Source: a virus (Duplodnaviria; Caudoviricetes). From it: DNA of 63,150 nucleotides. Both the position numbers and the translations under genes were made by a program. The notes beneath the pieces were generated by a model. The model saw nothing but the letters and a program-made list of their open reading frames with translations. It was not told where the DNA came from and made no database searches. The stretch lies in the IMG/VR virus record IMGVR_UViG_3300027872_000005, positions 1 to 63,150 of that record; one strand, 5' to 3'. Of the stretch, positions 29,335 through 38,803 are shown piece after piece (within the stretch, counting starts at the first letter, position 1; each line of letters opens with the position of its first letter).

Positions 29335-31703
29335 CTGCGATGAATCCCATTACCGAGCAAGAATTTTACCGCATTCGCGATGATACGACTGCTGCGGACC
29401 CCGGCACACCAAATTGGATATCGACGGAAAATCAGGCCACTCGCACGGTCATCGATGTCGATACGCCCTTCCGTATCCGGTTCGTCACTGCAAATAGTGG
29501 CGATGCCAATGCTAATTCGGCGTTCCAGCTCAGGATGGAAAAAAATGGGACGGGCGGCTTCCTTGAAGTCACAACGGTCTCAGCGAATGGCGCACAAGCC
29601 GCTGCCGTCAGTTCCAGCGCCGATGCCACGGTATTAACCACCGGGAATTTTCAGCTTTCGGCTGGTACTGGCACGGCGGCCAACGGTGAATATTCAGAGG
29701 ATGGGATCTCTGACGCCAATATGGGCCAAGGCGCCTACATCGAGGTCGAGTTTGGCGTCACCATACCGGCCGCAGATGTCGCTGACGCCGATACCCTTGA
29801 TTTCCGCGTCTATTATGATGGAAGTGCGTTCAACAACTACGACACCAACGCCACCGCGATTGTTGAGGTCAATAAGGTTGTCGGATTATCGGTCGGAGCC
29901 TCTGCAGGCGTCGCAACCGCGACAGCGTTAAGCGGTTCCATCGGTGCATCCTTGGGCGTCGGAACGGCTGTCGCCAAGATCGACATCCTTGGCGTGTCGG
30001 CGGGTGTAGCTTCTGTAACGGGTCTTTCCGGTTCAATTGCCGCATCTCTTGGTGTCGCAACGGCCGTTGCAAAGATCGATATTCTCGGCGTGTCGTCTGG
30101 TGTTGCGGCTGTCACCGGTAAATCAGGCTCGATTGCCTCTGCGGCGGGTGTCGCAACGGTTGCCGGTGAAGCCGCAGGTCCGGCAAGTCTCGCTGCATCG
30201 GCAGGTGTCGCGACGGTTCTTGGCTTGTCCGGTTCCATCGGTGCATCCTTGGGCGTCGGAACGGCTGTCGCCAAAACGGACGTTGAAGGTATTGCAGCCG
30301 GTGTAGCGACCGTCACAGGCCTGTCAGGCTCGATTGGCGCATCGATCGGCAAGGCGGTCGTCCTTAGCTACAGCGACCAACAGAGCGGTTTCCTGCTTGG
30401 CCACAAGGCATTCGCGGAAGTCGGATTCAGTGGTGATGGAGCGTTTGCGGAAGCGGCGGGTGCCGTCTCTGTTGCTGCTTCGGCAGGCGTCGCCACGGTC
30501 GCGGGCCTATCGGGGTCAATTGCTCAATCGGCAGGTGTTGCAACCGCTGTCGCCAAAATAGACATCCTTGGCGTTTCGGCGGGCGTAGCTGCCGTTATCG
30601 GTAAATCAGGCTCGATTGCCTCTGCGGCGGGTGTTGCAACGGTTTCCGGTGAAGCTGAAGGTCCGGCAAGTCTCGCTGCATCGGCAGGTGTTGCAACTGT
30701 ACTAGGATTGAGCGGTTCAATAGCTTCTGCGGCAGGTGCGGGAACTGTCACCAGCCTTTCCGGTTCCATTGGCGCCTCGTTGGGTGTTGCAACGGCTGTC
30801 GCCAAGATCGATATTCTCGGTGTTTCAGCCGGCTTGGCTACCGCTACGGGCCTGTCCGGTTCCATCGCTGCCTCTGCAGGTGTTGGAACGGCTGCTGCCA
30901 AGATCGACATCCTTGGTGTTTCAGCCGGCGTGGCCACGGCTATCGGTCTTTCTGGCTCGATCGGTGCGTCGATCGGCAAGGCGGTCGTCCTTAGCTACAG
31001 CGACCAACAGAGCGGTTTCCTGCTTGGCCATAAGGCATTCGCGGAAACCGCCTTCAGTGGTGATGGAGCGGTTTCAGCAGAAGCAGCGGTTATTGGCGTT
31101 TCGGCTGGTGTTGCAACGGTCCTTGGTCTGAGTGGTTCGATTGCCGCATCCCTTGGTGTCGCCGCGGTTTCTGGTATAGCCGAAGGGGTCGGGGGCGTCG
31201 GCGCTTCTGCAGGTGTAGCAACCGCTCTTGGTTTGTCCGGTTCGATCGCGGTTTCAACCGGTGTTGCCACGGTTGCCGGTGTCGGTGCTGCGGCTGGCAG
31301 TGTCGCGGCGGCGGCAGGTGTTGCCACCGCTCTTGGCTTGTCCGGCTCGGTCGCGATTTCAACCGGCGTGGCCACGGTTGCCGGTGTTAGTCCTGTGCTT
31401 AGTGTCGCGGTGGCAGCGGGCTCGTCAACCGTTTTGGGCATTTCGCCACCGATTGCCGGTCAGATCATCATACCGGGCGGCGGCGGAATCGGTGTAGGAG
31501 GGACAACCAGGCGCAGGCGGCCAAAATACCGGCAGCCGGAATATTACGACCGGTGGGAGGAATACGAGAAGCAAAAGCGCCGCGCCAAAGGCTTGGACGA
31601 TGATCTCGATGAGGAACAACAGCGACTTGCTCAAATCTTCCGGGAAGATGAGGAAATCGTTGCAATGCTGGCTTCAACGATTGTTCATGGGATATTGGAA
31701 TGA
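29331..31703 (+). CDS. Long Ala/Gly/Val/Ser repeat fibre protein
   Basis: Globular N-domain, then many ~16-aa xSAGVATxxGLSGSI-type repeats; Gly/Arg then acidic C-terminal segment. Confidence 0.75.
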   Translation: MTAMNPITEQEFYRIRDDTTAADPGTPNWISTENQATRTVIDVDTPFRIRFVTANSGDANANSAFQLRMEKNGTGGFLEVTTVSANGAQAAAVSSSADATVLTTGNFQLSAGTGTAANGEYSEDGISDANMGQGAYIEVEFGVTIPAADVADADTLDFRVYYDGSAFNNYDTNATAIVEVNKVVGLSVGASAGVATATALSGSIGASLGVGTAVAKIDILGVSAGVASVTGLSGSIAASLGVATAVAKIDILGVSSGVAAVTGKSGSIASAAGVATVAGEAAGPASLAASAGVATVLGLSGSIGASLGVGTAVAKTDVEGIAAGVATVTGLSGSIGASIGKAVVLSYSDQQSGFLLGHKAFAEVGFSGDGAFAEAAGAVSVAASAGVATVAGLSGSIAQSAGVATAVAKIDILGVSAGVAAVIGKSGSIASAAGVATVSGEAEGPASLAASAGVATVLGLSGSIASAAGAGTVTSLSGSIGASLGVATAVAKIDILGVSAGLATATGLSGSIAASAGVGTAAAKIDILGVSAGVATAIGLSGSIGASIGKAVVLSYSDQQSGFLLGHKAFAETAFSGDGAVSAEAAVIGVSAGVATVLGLSGSIAASLGVAAVSGIAEGVGGVGASAGVATALGLSGSIAVSTGVATVAGVGAAAGSVAAAAGVATALGLSGSVAISTGVATVAGVSPVLSVAVAAGSSTVLGISPPIAGQIIIPGGGGIGVGGTTRRRRPKYRQPEYYDRWEEYEKQKRRAKGLDDDLDEEQQRLAQIFREDEEIVAMLASTIVHGILE

Positions 31704-34700
31704 GCCTCACATCCTGTCTGAAAAAGCTCGAAAAAACCGTGTCGGCCGAAGACGCTGTGCGGGTCCAGTCGATTTACGGCGAATTGACCGAAGCCGTGAT
31801 GAGCGCCAACGAAGCGGCCATCGAGGCCGTTAATCGCGTACTGGCCGAAGCCAAGACAGAGCGCCTGGAGATTGTCGCCAAGATCGAGAAGGCCGGCGGC
31901 GTGGTGAAACCGGAAGCCGATCTTCTCGGTGAAACAGAGGCAGACGAAGGCAAGATCGAGGATTTCGGCGAGGTCATTGAGGGTGCCAGGAAGCACCTTG
32001 CCAGCGAACTAAGCTCGAAATTAAGCGACACAGAGATTAATGTTGTTGTTGAACCGCTGAGCAAGAGCTTTCCGCGGCCCAATTACGTCAAGCTGGCCGA
32101 GGAAGGTGTGCCCGGCAAAACACTCGCCTATGTGGCGCTGTTCCGTTCGGAGATCCCGCACAAGCCACGACAGCCTTACAAGGTCAAACGTTGGGGCGAG
32201 CAAGTCGAGACGATGCGAAAATTCGCCAGCGATATGCTCAGTGGCGATGCAGAGCTTATGGAGCGCGTCGAAAAGGGACTGTCCGAATCGAGCTTCGAAC
32301 ATTCTTTCGCGTGGACCGCCGAGGCGATCAAGGGCATCCCGGCAGACAAGATCGAACGCGCCGCTGATATTCGCGTCAAGTCCGGTGAATATTCGGTCTT
32401 CGCTGGTGTGCGATATGACCCGGCCAAGCTGCTCTATTTCGTCGAGAAGCGGCGCGGTATGCCCTACCAGAGTGGCGGCTACCGGATCGACCGAGCAGAA
32501 GCCCATAGCGAGACGCTTGAAGGTGCCATTAAAAAAGGCACCGAGATCGCCCAGCAGATGGTCGAGCATGAAGGCGGCACCCAAAGCAAAGAGCGTTCCA
32601 AATATACCGATGTCAGGCTTTACCGGGATGTTGCTACCAAGAAGTTCTATATCGCCTTCAAGGTGCGCAGCACGATTATCAGGGTCAAAGACGGCTTCGA
32701 GAGTTCGAAAGCCGCCCGTGAATATCGCAACGAAAACCGTGATGAAATCCAGCAGATCATCGACGATCTGCGCCGTGGTCCGCGCGAGCGCCTTGAAACC
32801 AACGAACCACGCGCCGGCCTTGACCGACGCGAAGGCGATATTACGCCCGAGATATTCTCCGAGAGCTTCGGTTTCCGTGGTGTCCAGTTTGGCAATTACG
32901 TTGAAGGGCCTCGCCGGCAAGCCGATCTGAACCGCGCCTATGACGCTCTGTTTGACCTCGCGGACGCTGTTGGTGTCCCGCCCCGGGCATTGTCGCTCAA
33001 CGGCTCCCTTGGCCTTGCATTCGGCGCACGGGGCCGTGGTGGCAAGAATGCGGCGGCAGCACATTTTGAGCCCGGGGAGATTGCGATCAATCTGACCAAG
33101 GGGGCTGGACCCGGGTCACTGGCCCACGAATGGATGCACGGCGTCGATAACTATTTTGCCCGTCAGGACAAGGCTGGCGGATTTATGAGCGAGCGGCATC
33201 GTGCTCCTGGCGCTAAAGGGCCGGTCAGGGATGAGGTTTACAAGGCGTGGCGCGGTATTGAGAAAGTCGTTGGAGAAGGAAGTTTCAGCGAACGCTCGCT
33301 TGAGCAGGATAAAGCGCGTTCCAAACCATATTTCAGCACAACGATCGAAAAGGTTGCCCGTTCCTTCGAGCGCTATGTCATCGACAAGCTCAACGAGAAA
33401 AAGATCCGGAACGACTATCTTGCCAACATCGATCTGTCCGGCGGCGCCTATCCGACAAACAAGGAAATGGATGATGGCATCCGCGCTGCCTACGACAAGC
33501 TGTTTAAGGCGCTGAAAACCGAAGAGACGGCGGAAGGCAATGTGCGTCTGTATTCGGCATCGGTCGCCTCACCAGCGCAAAACTTCTATTCCGGGCTGTT
33601 GAAAGCCGTGGAAGAGGCCAAGCTGACCGAGGGTACTTCGGAACAATGGTTGGGTTATTTTTACACTGCGGCCCATAAGAAAACCAAAGCTCTGCGAGAC
33701 GAGAAAAACCGGCCAACCGGAAAAACTAAAGAGATTGATATACCGGCCACATCGCCAATCCCCGGCGTCACACTAGAGGAAATGGAGTGGATTGGTCTTC
33801 TCGACTGGCTGAAACAGCAGAAAGGCCCGCTGACACGGGATGCCGTCGCCGACTTCGTGTATGCCAATCTGGTTGATGTGCAGGAAGTTGTGAAAGGGGA
33901 GCCTAGCAAACTAGGTCGCATTGAGGCTTTGCCAAACGGAAAATTCATTGTTTGGGAAGCTGGCGGTGTCAAACGGGTTTTCGACACGCGCCAAGATGCT
34001 GAGTATGAGCTAAAACGGTTTCGAGAAGGATACCCCGATAGCGAATCCAGAACCAAATTTCCCTCCTACCAAACACCGGGCGGCAAGAACTACCGCGAGT
34101 TGCTGCTGACGCTGCCGACCAATCGAGCTGACGTTTATCATTTTATCCGCGAACACCCGGAAGGGTTTGAGGTAGTCCGCGCCACAGATGGCGTCGAGGA
34201 AGTCAGGCAGCAATTTCTAAAACGCGCCAACGCTGAAAAATATGTTGAACGTGCCAACACCCACAATATGGGTGGGCAATTTAGAGAACCCACTTACACC
34301 GGCGGCCATTTCGGCAACACACCCAACGTCATTGCCCATATCCGCTTCAACGAACGGGTCGTAGACGGCAAGAAAATCCTGTTCATCGAGGAAATCCAGT
34401 CTGATTGGCACCAGAAGGGGCGGAAGACGGGGTATAAAACATCTGATCGTCTGATTGATGGGCATGACTATAATTGGTGGAACAGGCAATCGCAAAACAT
34501 ATTGAACCAAGGTTCAGAATATAGGATTGCCCACAGTGAGGAATACACACAGGCGCTTAGAAATCGTGATTTACTCGCCGGCAACCCCGATGAAGTCCCC
34601 AATGCCCCGTTCAAGACCACATGGCCCACCTTGGCCATGAAACGCATGATCAAATACGCCGCCGACAATGGCTTCGACCAAATCGCATGGACAACGGGGG

Positions 34701-37700
34701 ACATGCAGAACGCGCGGTATCCGGATGAACTCAGGAAAGTCGTGACCAGCCTTTCATGGCGGCCAGAAGTACGCAGACCATCGAGCGTTGAGGGTCAGAT
34801 TGTCAGGATTGTCACCACCATCCAGAAGGATTTAGATGCCGCTCCCATGAGATTCGCGGTCGAGCCTAATGGTGTGATTTCCGCAGCAATGCCGGAAAGA
34901 GCGAAAGGCAAGCACATCGAGGAATTGGTCGGCAAGGAAATGGCCGACCAGATTATGGCGGAGCCGTCTGGTGTCATCGATGCCGAGGACTTCGTGATCG
35001 GCGGCGAGGGCATGAGGGGTTTCTACGACAAGATACTGCGCTCTGCCGCCAACAAGATCGGCAAGAAGTTCGGGGCCAAGACAGGGACGGTAGGACTTCC
35101 CGGAGAATACGAAATTTACCAAGACGTTAAAAGCGGGCTTTGGTTTATTGACGAAGCCGATGTTGACGCAGCCGAAGGGATGAACTCCGGTATAACAACA
35201 TACGAAACAGAGATCGATGCAAGGGAGGCATTGAAAAAATATCAAGGACCGAACGTCGAAGTTTGGTCCCTACCCATCACCGACGAATTGCGTGAAGCGG
35301 TCAGTTCCGGCGGCCTGCCAATGTTCCAGAGCCGCCGGCTGACGCCTGCCGCACAGGCCGCCAAGCCGCTGATCGAGGAAAAGGTGATCGAGATCATCCG
35401 GCGCATGACCGATGGGCTCGAAATCCAGCTTCACCCTGACTGGATCGAGGCCGGCAATTACGTCGCACTCGAAGGCTCCGGTGGAGGCACTGTAGCGGGC
35501 GGTTTTGCTGATAAAATACAGGGAATTATCGGCATTGCGATGTCGTCTGAAGCAAGTCCGACCGAAGCGGCGTTTCACGAAGGCTGGCACTTCAATGAGG
35601 ATTTTATGACGCCGCGCGAGAAGGTGTTGATGAAGTTGGAATTGCCACGGCTGCGCAGAATCGTCCTGAATCACTATCCTTCTTTGGGAGATCGGCCAAT
35701 CGGGGAAGTCATTGGTCAGATTTCCGATAATGAGATCATCGCTTATGCCGGCGCCTACCACATGCAGCGTGGTCTTGTCGGTGTCCATATCGGCATTCGC
35801 CGGTTCTTCGATCGCATGGCCCGGATGTTCCGGCAGATCCGCAATGCCATGCGCGGTCTTGGCTTCAATACCGCCGAAGACATATTTGATATTGCCGAGA
35901 CCGGCAAAATGAAAACCCGCGCAACACCAGCCAAAAGACGCCAATTGGCGCGTGATATGTACCGGGCCACGGGAACTACCGAGCCACAATATTCCGCCAG
36001 GCGTCGGCCAAAGACAGATCCAAAGGCTTCGTTTGAGGCAGCGGAGGATGTTTCGTGGGTGATGCGCCGCCTGTTGCGCGGCAATAAATCGATCTTGGGC
36101 ATGACCTACCCGGAATTTATCACCGACAAGGGCATCATGCGGCAGAAAACTCAGGATCGAATGAACAGCGTCAAACGGCAGCAGCGGGCGATCGAGGCAA
36201 GTGGCGGCGTCATCCCGGAATCTCTGGACACCTATCTGGCCGAAGAGAATTATTACGGCAAGGCGGGCGAGCGCCAGACGGCATTCCTGCAAAACCACAT
36301 CGATCCGCTGACCGCCGACATGCGCGAGCGAAACATCACCGGGGTCGAATTGGGCGACTATTTGTATGCTCGTCATGCACCGGAGCGCAATAAAACCATG
36401 CTCGAACGAAATCCGGACATTGAAGACGGATCGGGCATGTCGAACGATGAAGCCGCGCGAATTATGGCTAGGATCGCCAGGGAAGGCCGTACAGGCGATT
36501 TCGAGGCGGTGGCCAAGCGGATAGACCGGATCATTAAAGACACCCGTAAGCGGTATAAGAGAGCCGGCCTGATCAGCAAAGAAGAATACGAACAATGGGA
36601 AGACCGATGGGAGTTTTACGTCCCGCTGCAAGGGTGGGCCGATGAGGCGATTGGCAACGAAGAGACTGAAATTGGTTTCAAAGGCCGCAGTGGCTTCGAT
36701 ATTCGTGGTCTTGAGAGCCAGATGGCGATGGGACGAACCAGCAGGGCCGAAAACCCGATGCTCAATGTGATCATCGCGGCCGAGCGCTCAATCCTTCGCG
36801 CCGAGAAGAACGAAGTTGCACAGACGTTCCTGAAGATGGTCCGGACATATCCCAACAAGACGCTTTGGCGGATTTATACCGGCAAACCGGAAAAAAGACT
36901 GAATAAGGATACTGGTTTGATCGAAACCTTTTGGGTGCCGCCTTGGGAAAAGACGCCTGATAATGTCGTTTCCGCCAAGGTCAATGGCGAGGTCAAATGG
37001 ATTCAGATTTATCATCCCGGAGTTTACCGGGGCATGAAGATGCTCGGCACCGACAACTTCAACGATGTTATCGCGACGTTCGGGATGCTCAACCGCTATC
37101 TGAGCCGGGTCAATACCTCGCTCAATCCGGGGTTCATTGTGCGCAACTTCGCCAGGGATCTGCAGACCGCGATGATCCATCTTGGCGAGCAAGATATCCG
37201 CTTCATCCGTCTCAAGGTTTTAAGGGACGTACCGGCAGCGATCCGGGGTGTGTTTGGTGGATTGAAGGGCAAGCGGGACACCAAATGGCAAAAGCATTTC
37301 GAGGAATTTGCTGTCAAGGCCGGCGGCAAGGTTTCGTATTTCGATATGGATTCCCTCGAAAACAAAACCCGCAAGATCAAAATGGCCCTAGAGGAAGGCA
37401 ATTTTTATCGTGCTTTCAAATGGACGTGGGATTTGGTTGACCAGATCAACGGCGCGGTCGAAAACGGTGTCCGCCTGGCGGCCTATGTCAATCTGGTGAA
37501 GCCGGTCAGTGAGGGCGGGGGAGGCCAGACCATGGCTAAAGCCGCATCCTTCGGCCGCAACATGACCGTGAATTTCAATCGCAAGGGCGAGTGGGGTCCA
37601 ACGGGCAATGCGCTCTACCTGTTCTACAATGTCGGCATTAACGGACCGGCGCGAATGTTTCAGTTTATGAGGCGCGAACCGGCCAAGGCGGCAAAATATT

Positions 37701-38803
37701 TCACTGCCTTCATGGCCTTCAACTATGCGCTCGATATGCTCAATTACTTGATCTCTCCGGAAGATGAAGATGGCCAAAAAGCCTACGACAAGATCGAGGA
37801 ATGGAAACGCGAGCGCAACCTGATCATTATGCTACCGGGCCGGGAAATCATCAGCGGTATTCCGATGGATGGCAGGGACTATCTGAGCATCCCGCTGACG
37901 TGGGGATACAATGTGTTCTTCCTGATGGGTCGGGAAATGGCGGCTCTCACCCGTAACAAGATGGGTTGGGGCGCGGAACGGGTCACAATATCGAAATCCG
38001 CGGCTAACCTTACCAGCTCTATCGTCAATGCATATCTGCCGGTGCAGATCGGTGGAGGGCTCTGGAGATCGATCGCGCCAACGATCGCCAAACCGACGCT
38101 GGAAATCAAGGACAATACAAACTGGCATGGCGGACCAATCTATCGAAAGGTTTTCCCAGGCCAGGAAGCCGAACCGGATAGCCAGCTCTATTTTGAAAAA
38201 TCGGTCAATCCGGCCCTGCGCGATCTGACAAAAGCGCTGAACAAGTGGAGCGGCGGCAATGAGAACAGAAAGGGCTTGATGGACATCAATCCAGAAGTGA
38301 TTGATCACTGGATGAAATTTATCACGGGTGGCGCCGGAAAGTTCTGGTTCGACTACATTGGTGGGAATGCCTTGAGGATCATGGAAGGCGAGATAGTTCC
38401 GCCTCATAAGATACCGCTCCTGCGATCGCTCCGTGGTCGCGTGGACGATTATACCGGCAGCAATATTTTCTATGACCAGTTGATGCGGGTCCGAGCACTC
38501 GACCAAGAAATCAACGCCTTCGATGGGTCTCGTGACAAGGAAGCCGTGAGGGAAGCTAGGGAACGTGATCCGCATCTGACTAAGATGATAGATCCATACA
38601 AGGCGGCGGCCAAGGATCTCTTGAAGCTCAAGAAAGACGAACGCGGCATCAAGGGCAGCCGCAGAATGTCAGAAGAGCGGAAAAAACAACGGCTTGAGAA
38701 CGTTTCTAAAGAGCGAAACAAGGTGATGAGCAGGGCGCGAAGAAAATGGATCGAGACTCATCGAGAGTTGAGAGCGACCGGCGAGTCTGATAGCGGTTTG
38801 TGA
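31700..38803 (+). CDS. Giant polyvalent (injected) protein: LPD5/LPD1-like N-terminus, two HExxH motifs, LPD38-like C-terminus
   Basis: KIEDFGEVIEGARK; FGFRGVQFGNY...GSLAHEWMH; FIEEIQSDWHQ; AFHEGWH; YDKIEEWKRERN...IPLTWGY. Confidence 0.75.
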   Translation: MSLTSCLKKLEKTVSAEDAVRVQSIYGELTEAVMSANEAAIEAVNRVLAEAKTERLEIVAKIEKAGGVVKPEADLLGETEADEGKIEDFGEVIEGARKHLASELSSKLSDTEINVVVEPLSKSFPRPNYVKLAEEGVPGKTLAYVALFRSEIPHKPRQPYKVKRWGEQVETMRKFASDMLSGDAELMERVEKGLSESSFEHSFAWTAEAIKGIPADKIERAADIRVKSGEYSVFAGVRYDPAKLLYFVEKRRGMPYQSGGYRIDRAEAHSETLEGAIKKGTEIAQQMVEHEGGTQSKERSKYTDVRLYRDVATKKFYIAFKVRSTIIRVKDGFESSKAAREYRNENRDEIQQIIDDLRRGPRERLETNEPRAGLDRREGDITPEIFSESFGFRGVQFGNYVEGPRRQADLNRAYDALFDLADAVGVPPRALSLNGSLGLAFGARGRGGKNAAAAHFEPGEIAINLTKGAGPGSLAHEWMHGVDNYFARQDKAGGFMSERHRAPGAKGPVRDEVYKAWRGIEKVVGEGSFSERSLEQDKARSKPYFSTTIEKVARSFERYVIDKLNEKKIRNDYLANIDLSGGAYPTNKEMDDGIRAAYDKLFKALKTEETAEGNVRLYSASVASPAQNFYSGLLKAVEEAKLTEGTSEQWLGYFYTAAHKKTKALRDEKNRPTGKTKEIDIPATSPIPGVTLEEMEWIGLLDWLKQQKGPLTRDAVADFVYANLVDVQEVVKGEPSKLGRIEALPNGKFIVWEAGGVKRVFDTRQDAEYELKRFREGYPDSESRTKFPSYQTPGGKNYRELLLTLPTNRADVYHFIREHPEGFEVVRATDGVEEVRQQFLKRANAEKYVERANTHNMGGQFREPTYTGGHFGNTPNVIAHIRFNERVVDGKKILFIEEIQSDWHQKGRKTGYKTSDRLIDGHDYNWWNRQSQNILNQGSEYRIAHSEEYTQALRNRDLLAGNPDEVPNAPFKTTWPTLAMKRMIKYAADNGFDQIAWTTGDMQNARYPDELRKVVTSLSWRPEVRRPSSVEGQIVRIVTTIQKDLDAAPMRFAVEPNGVISAAMPERAKGKHIEELVGKEMADQIMAEPSGVIDAEDFVIGGEGMRGFYDKILRSAANKIGKKFGAKTGTVGLPGEYEIYQDVKSGLWFIDEADVDAAEGMNSGITTYETEIDAREALKKYQGPNVEVWSLPITDELREAVSSGGLPMFQSRRLTPAAQAAKPLIEEKVIEIIRRMTDGLEIQLHPDWIEAGNYVALEGSGGGTVAGGFADKIQGIIGIAMSSEASPTEAAFHEGWHFNEDFMTPREKVLMKLELPRLRRIVLNHYPSLGDRPIGEVIGQISDNEIIAYAGAYHMQRGLVGVHIGIRRFFDRMARMFRQIRNAMRGLGFNTAEDIFDIAETGKMKTRATPAKRRQLARDMYRATGTTEPQYSARRRPKTDPKASFEAAEDVSWVMRRLLRGNKSILGMTYPEFITDKGIMRQKTQDRMNSVKRQQRAIEASGGVIPESLDTYLAEENYYGKAGERQTAFLQNHIDPLTADMRERNITGVELGDYLYARHAPERNKTMLERNPDIEDGSGMSNDEAARIMARIAREGRTGDFEAVAKRIDRIIKDTRKRYKRAGLISKEEYEQWEDRWEFYVPLQGWADEAIGNEETEIGFKGRSGFDIRGLESQMAMGRTSRAENPMLNVIIAAERSILRAEKNEVAQTFLKMVRTYPNKTLWRIYTGKPEKRLNKDTGLIETFWVPPWEKTPDNVVSAKVNGEVKWIQIYHPGVYRGMKMLGTDNFNDVIATFGMLNRYLSRVNTSLNPGFIVRNFARDLQTAMIHLGEQDIRFIRLKVLRDVPAAIRGVFGGLKGKRDTKWQKHFEEFAVKAGGKVSYFDMDSLENKTRKIKMALEEGNFYRAFKWTWDLVDQINGAVENGVRLAAYVNLVKPVSEGGGGQTMAKAASFGRNMTVNFNRKGEWGPTGNALYLFYNVGINGPARMFQFMRREPAKAAKYFTAFMAFNYALDMLNYLISPEDEDGQKAYDKIEEWKRERNLIIMLPGREIISGIPMDGRDYLSIPLTWGYNVFFLMGREMAALTRNKMGWGAERVTISKSAANLTSSIVNAYLPVQIGGGLWRSIAPTIAKPTLEIKDNTNWHGGPIYRKVFPGQEAEPDSQLYFEKSVNPALRDLTKALNKWSGGNENRKGLMDINPEVIDHWMKFITGGAGKFWFDYIGGNALRIMEGEIVPPHKIPLLRSLRGRVDDYTGSNIFYDQLMRVRALDQEINAFDGSRDKEAVREARERDPHLTKMIDPYKAAAKDLLKLKKDERGIKGSRRMSEERKKQRLENVSKERNKVMSRARRKWIETHRELRATGESDSGL

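Noticed and set aside
29880-31440. CRISPR array or DGR template/variable repeats
   Set aside because: Repeats are in-frame coding units with mostly synonymous variation; no spacers, no adenine-specific pattern noticed, and no cas or reverse transcriptase gene
24264-31700. Mobile element splitting one giant gene in two
   Set aside because: Both giant ORFs have their own coupled starts and stops; no transposase, terminal repeats or target duplication seen
35270-36631. Long antisense ORFs (this 453-aa ORF, 32021-33064, 10778-11719)
   Set aside because: Shadow frames of GC-rich coding genes with no recognisable motifs
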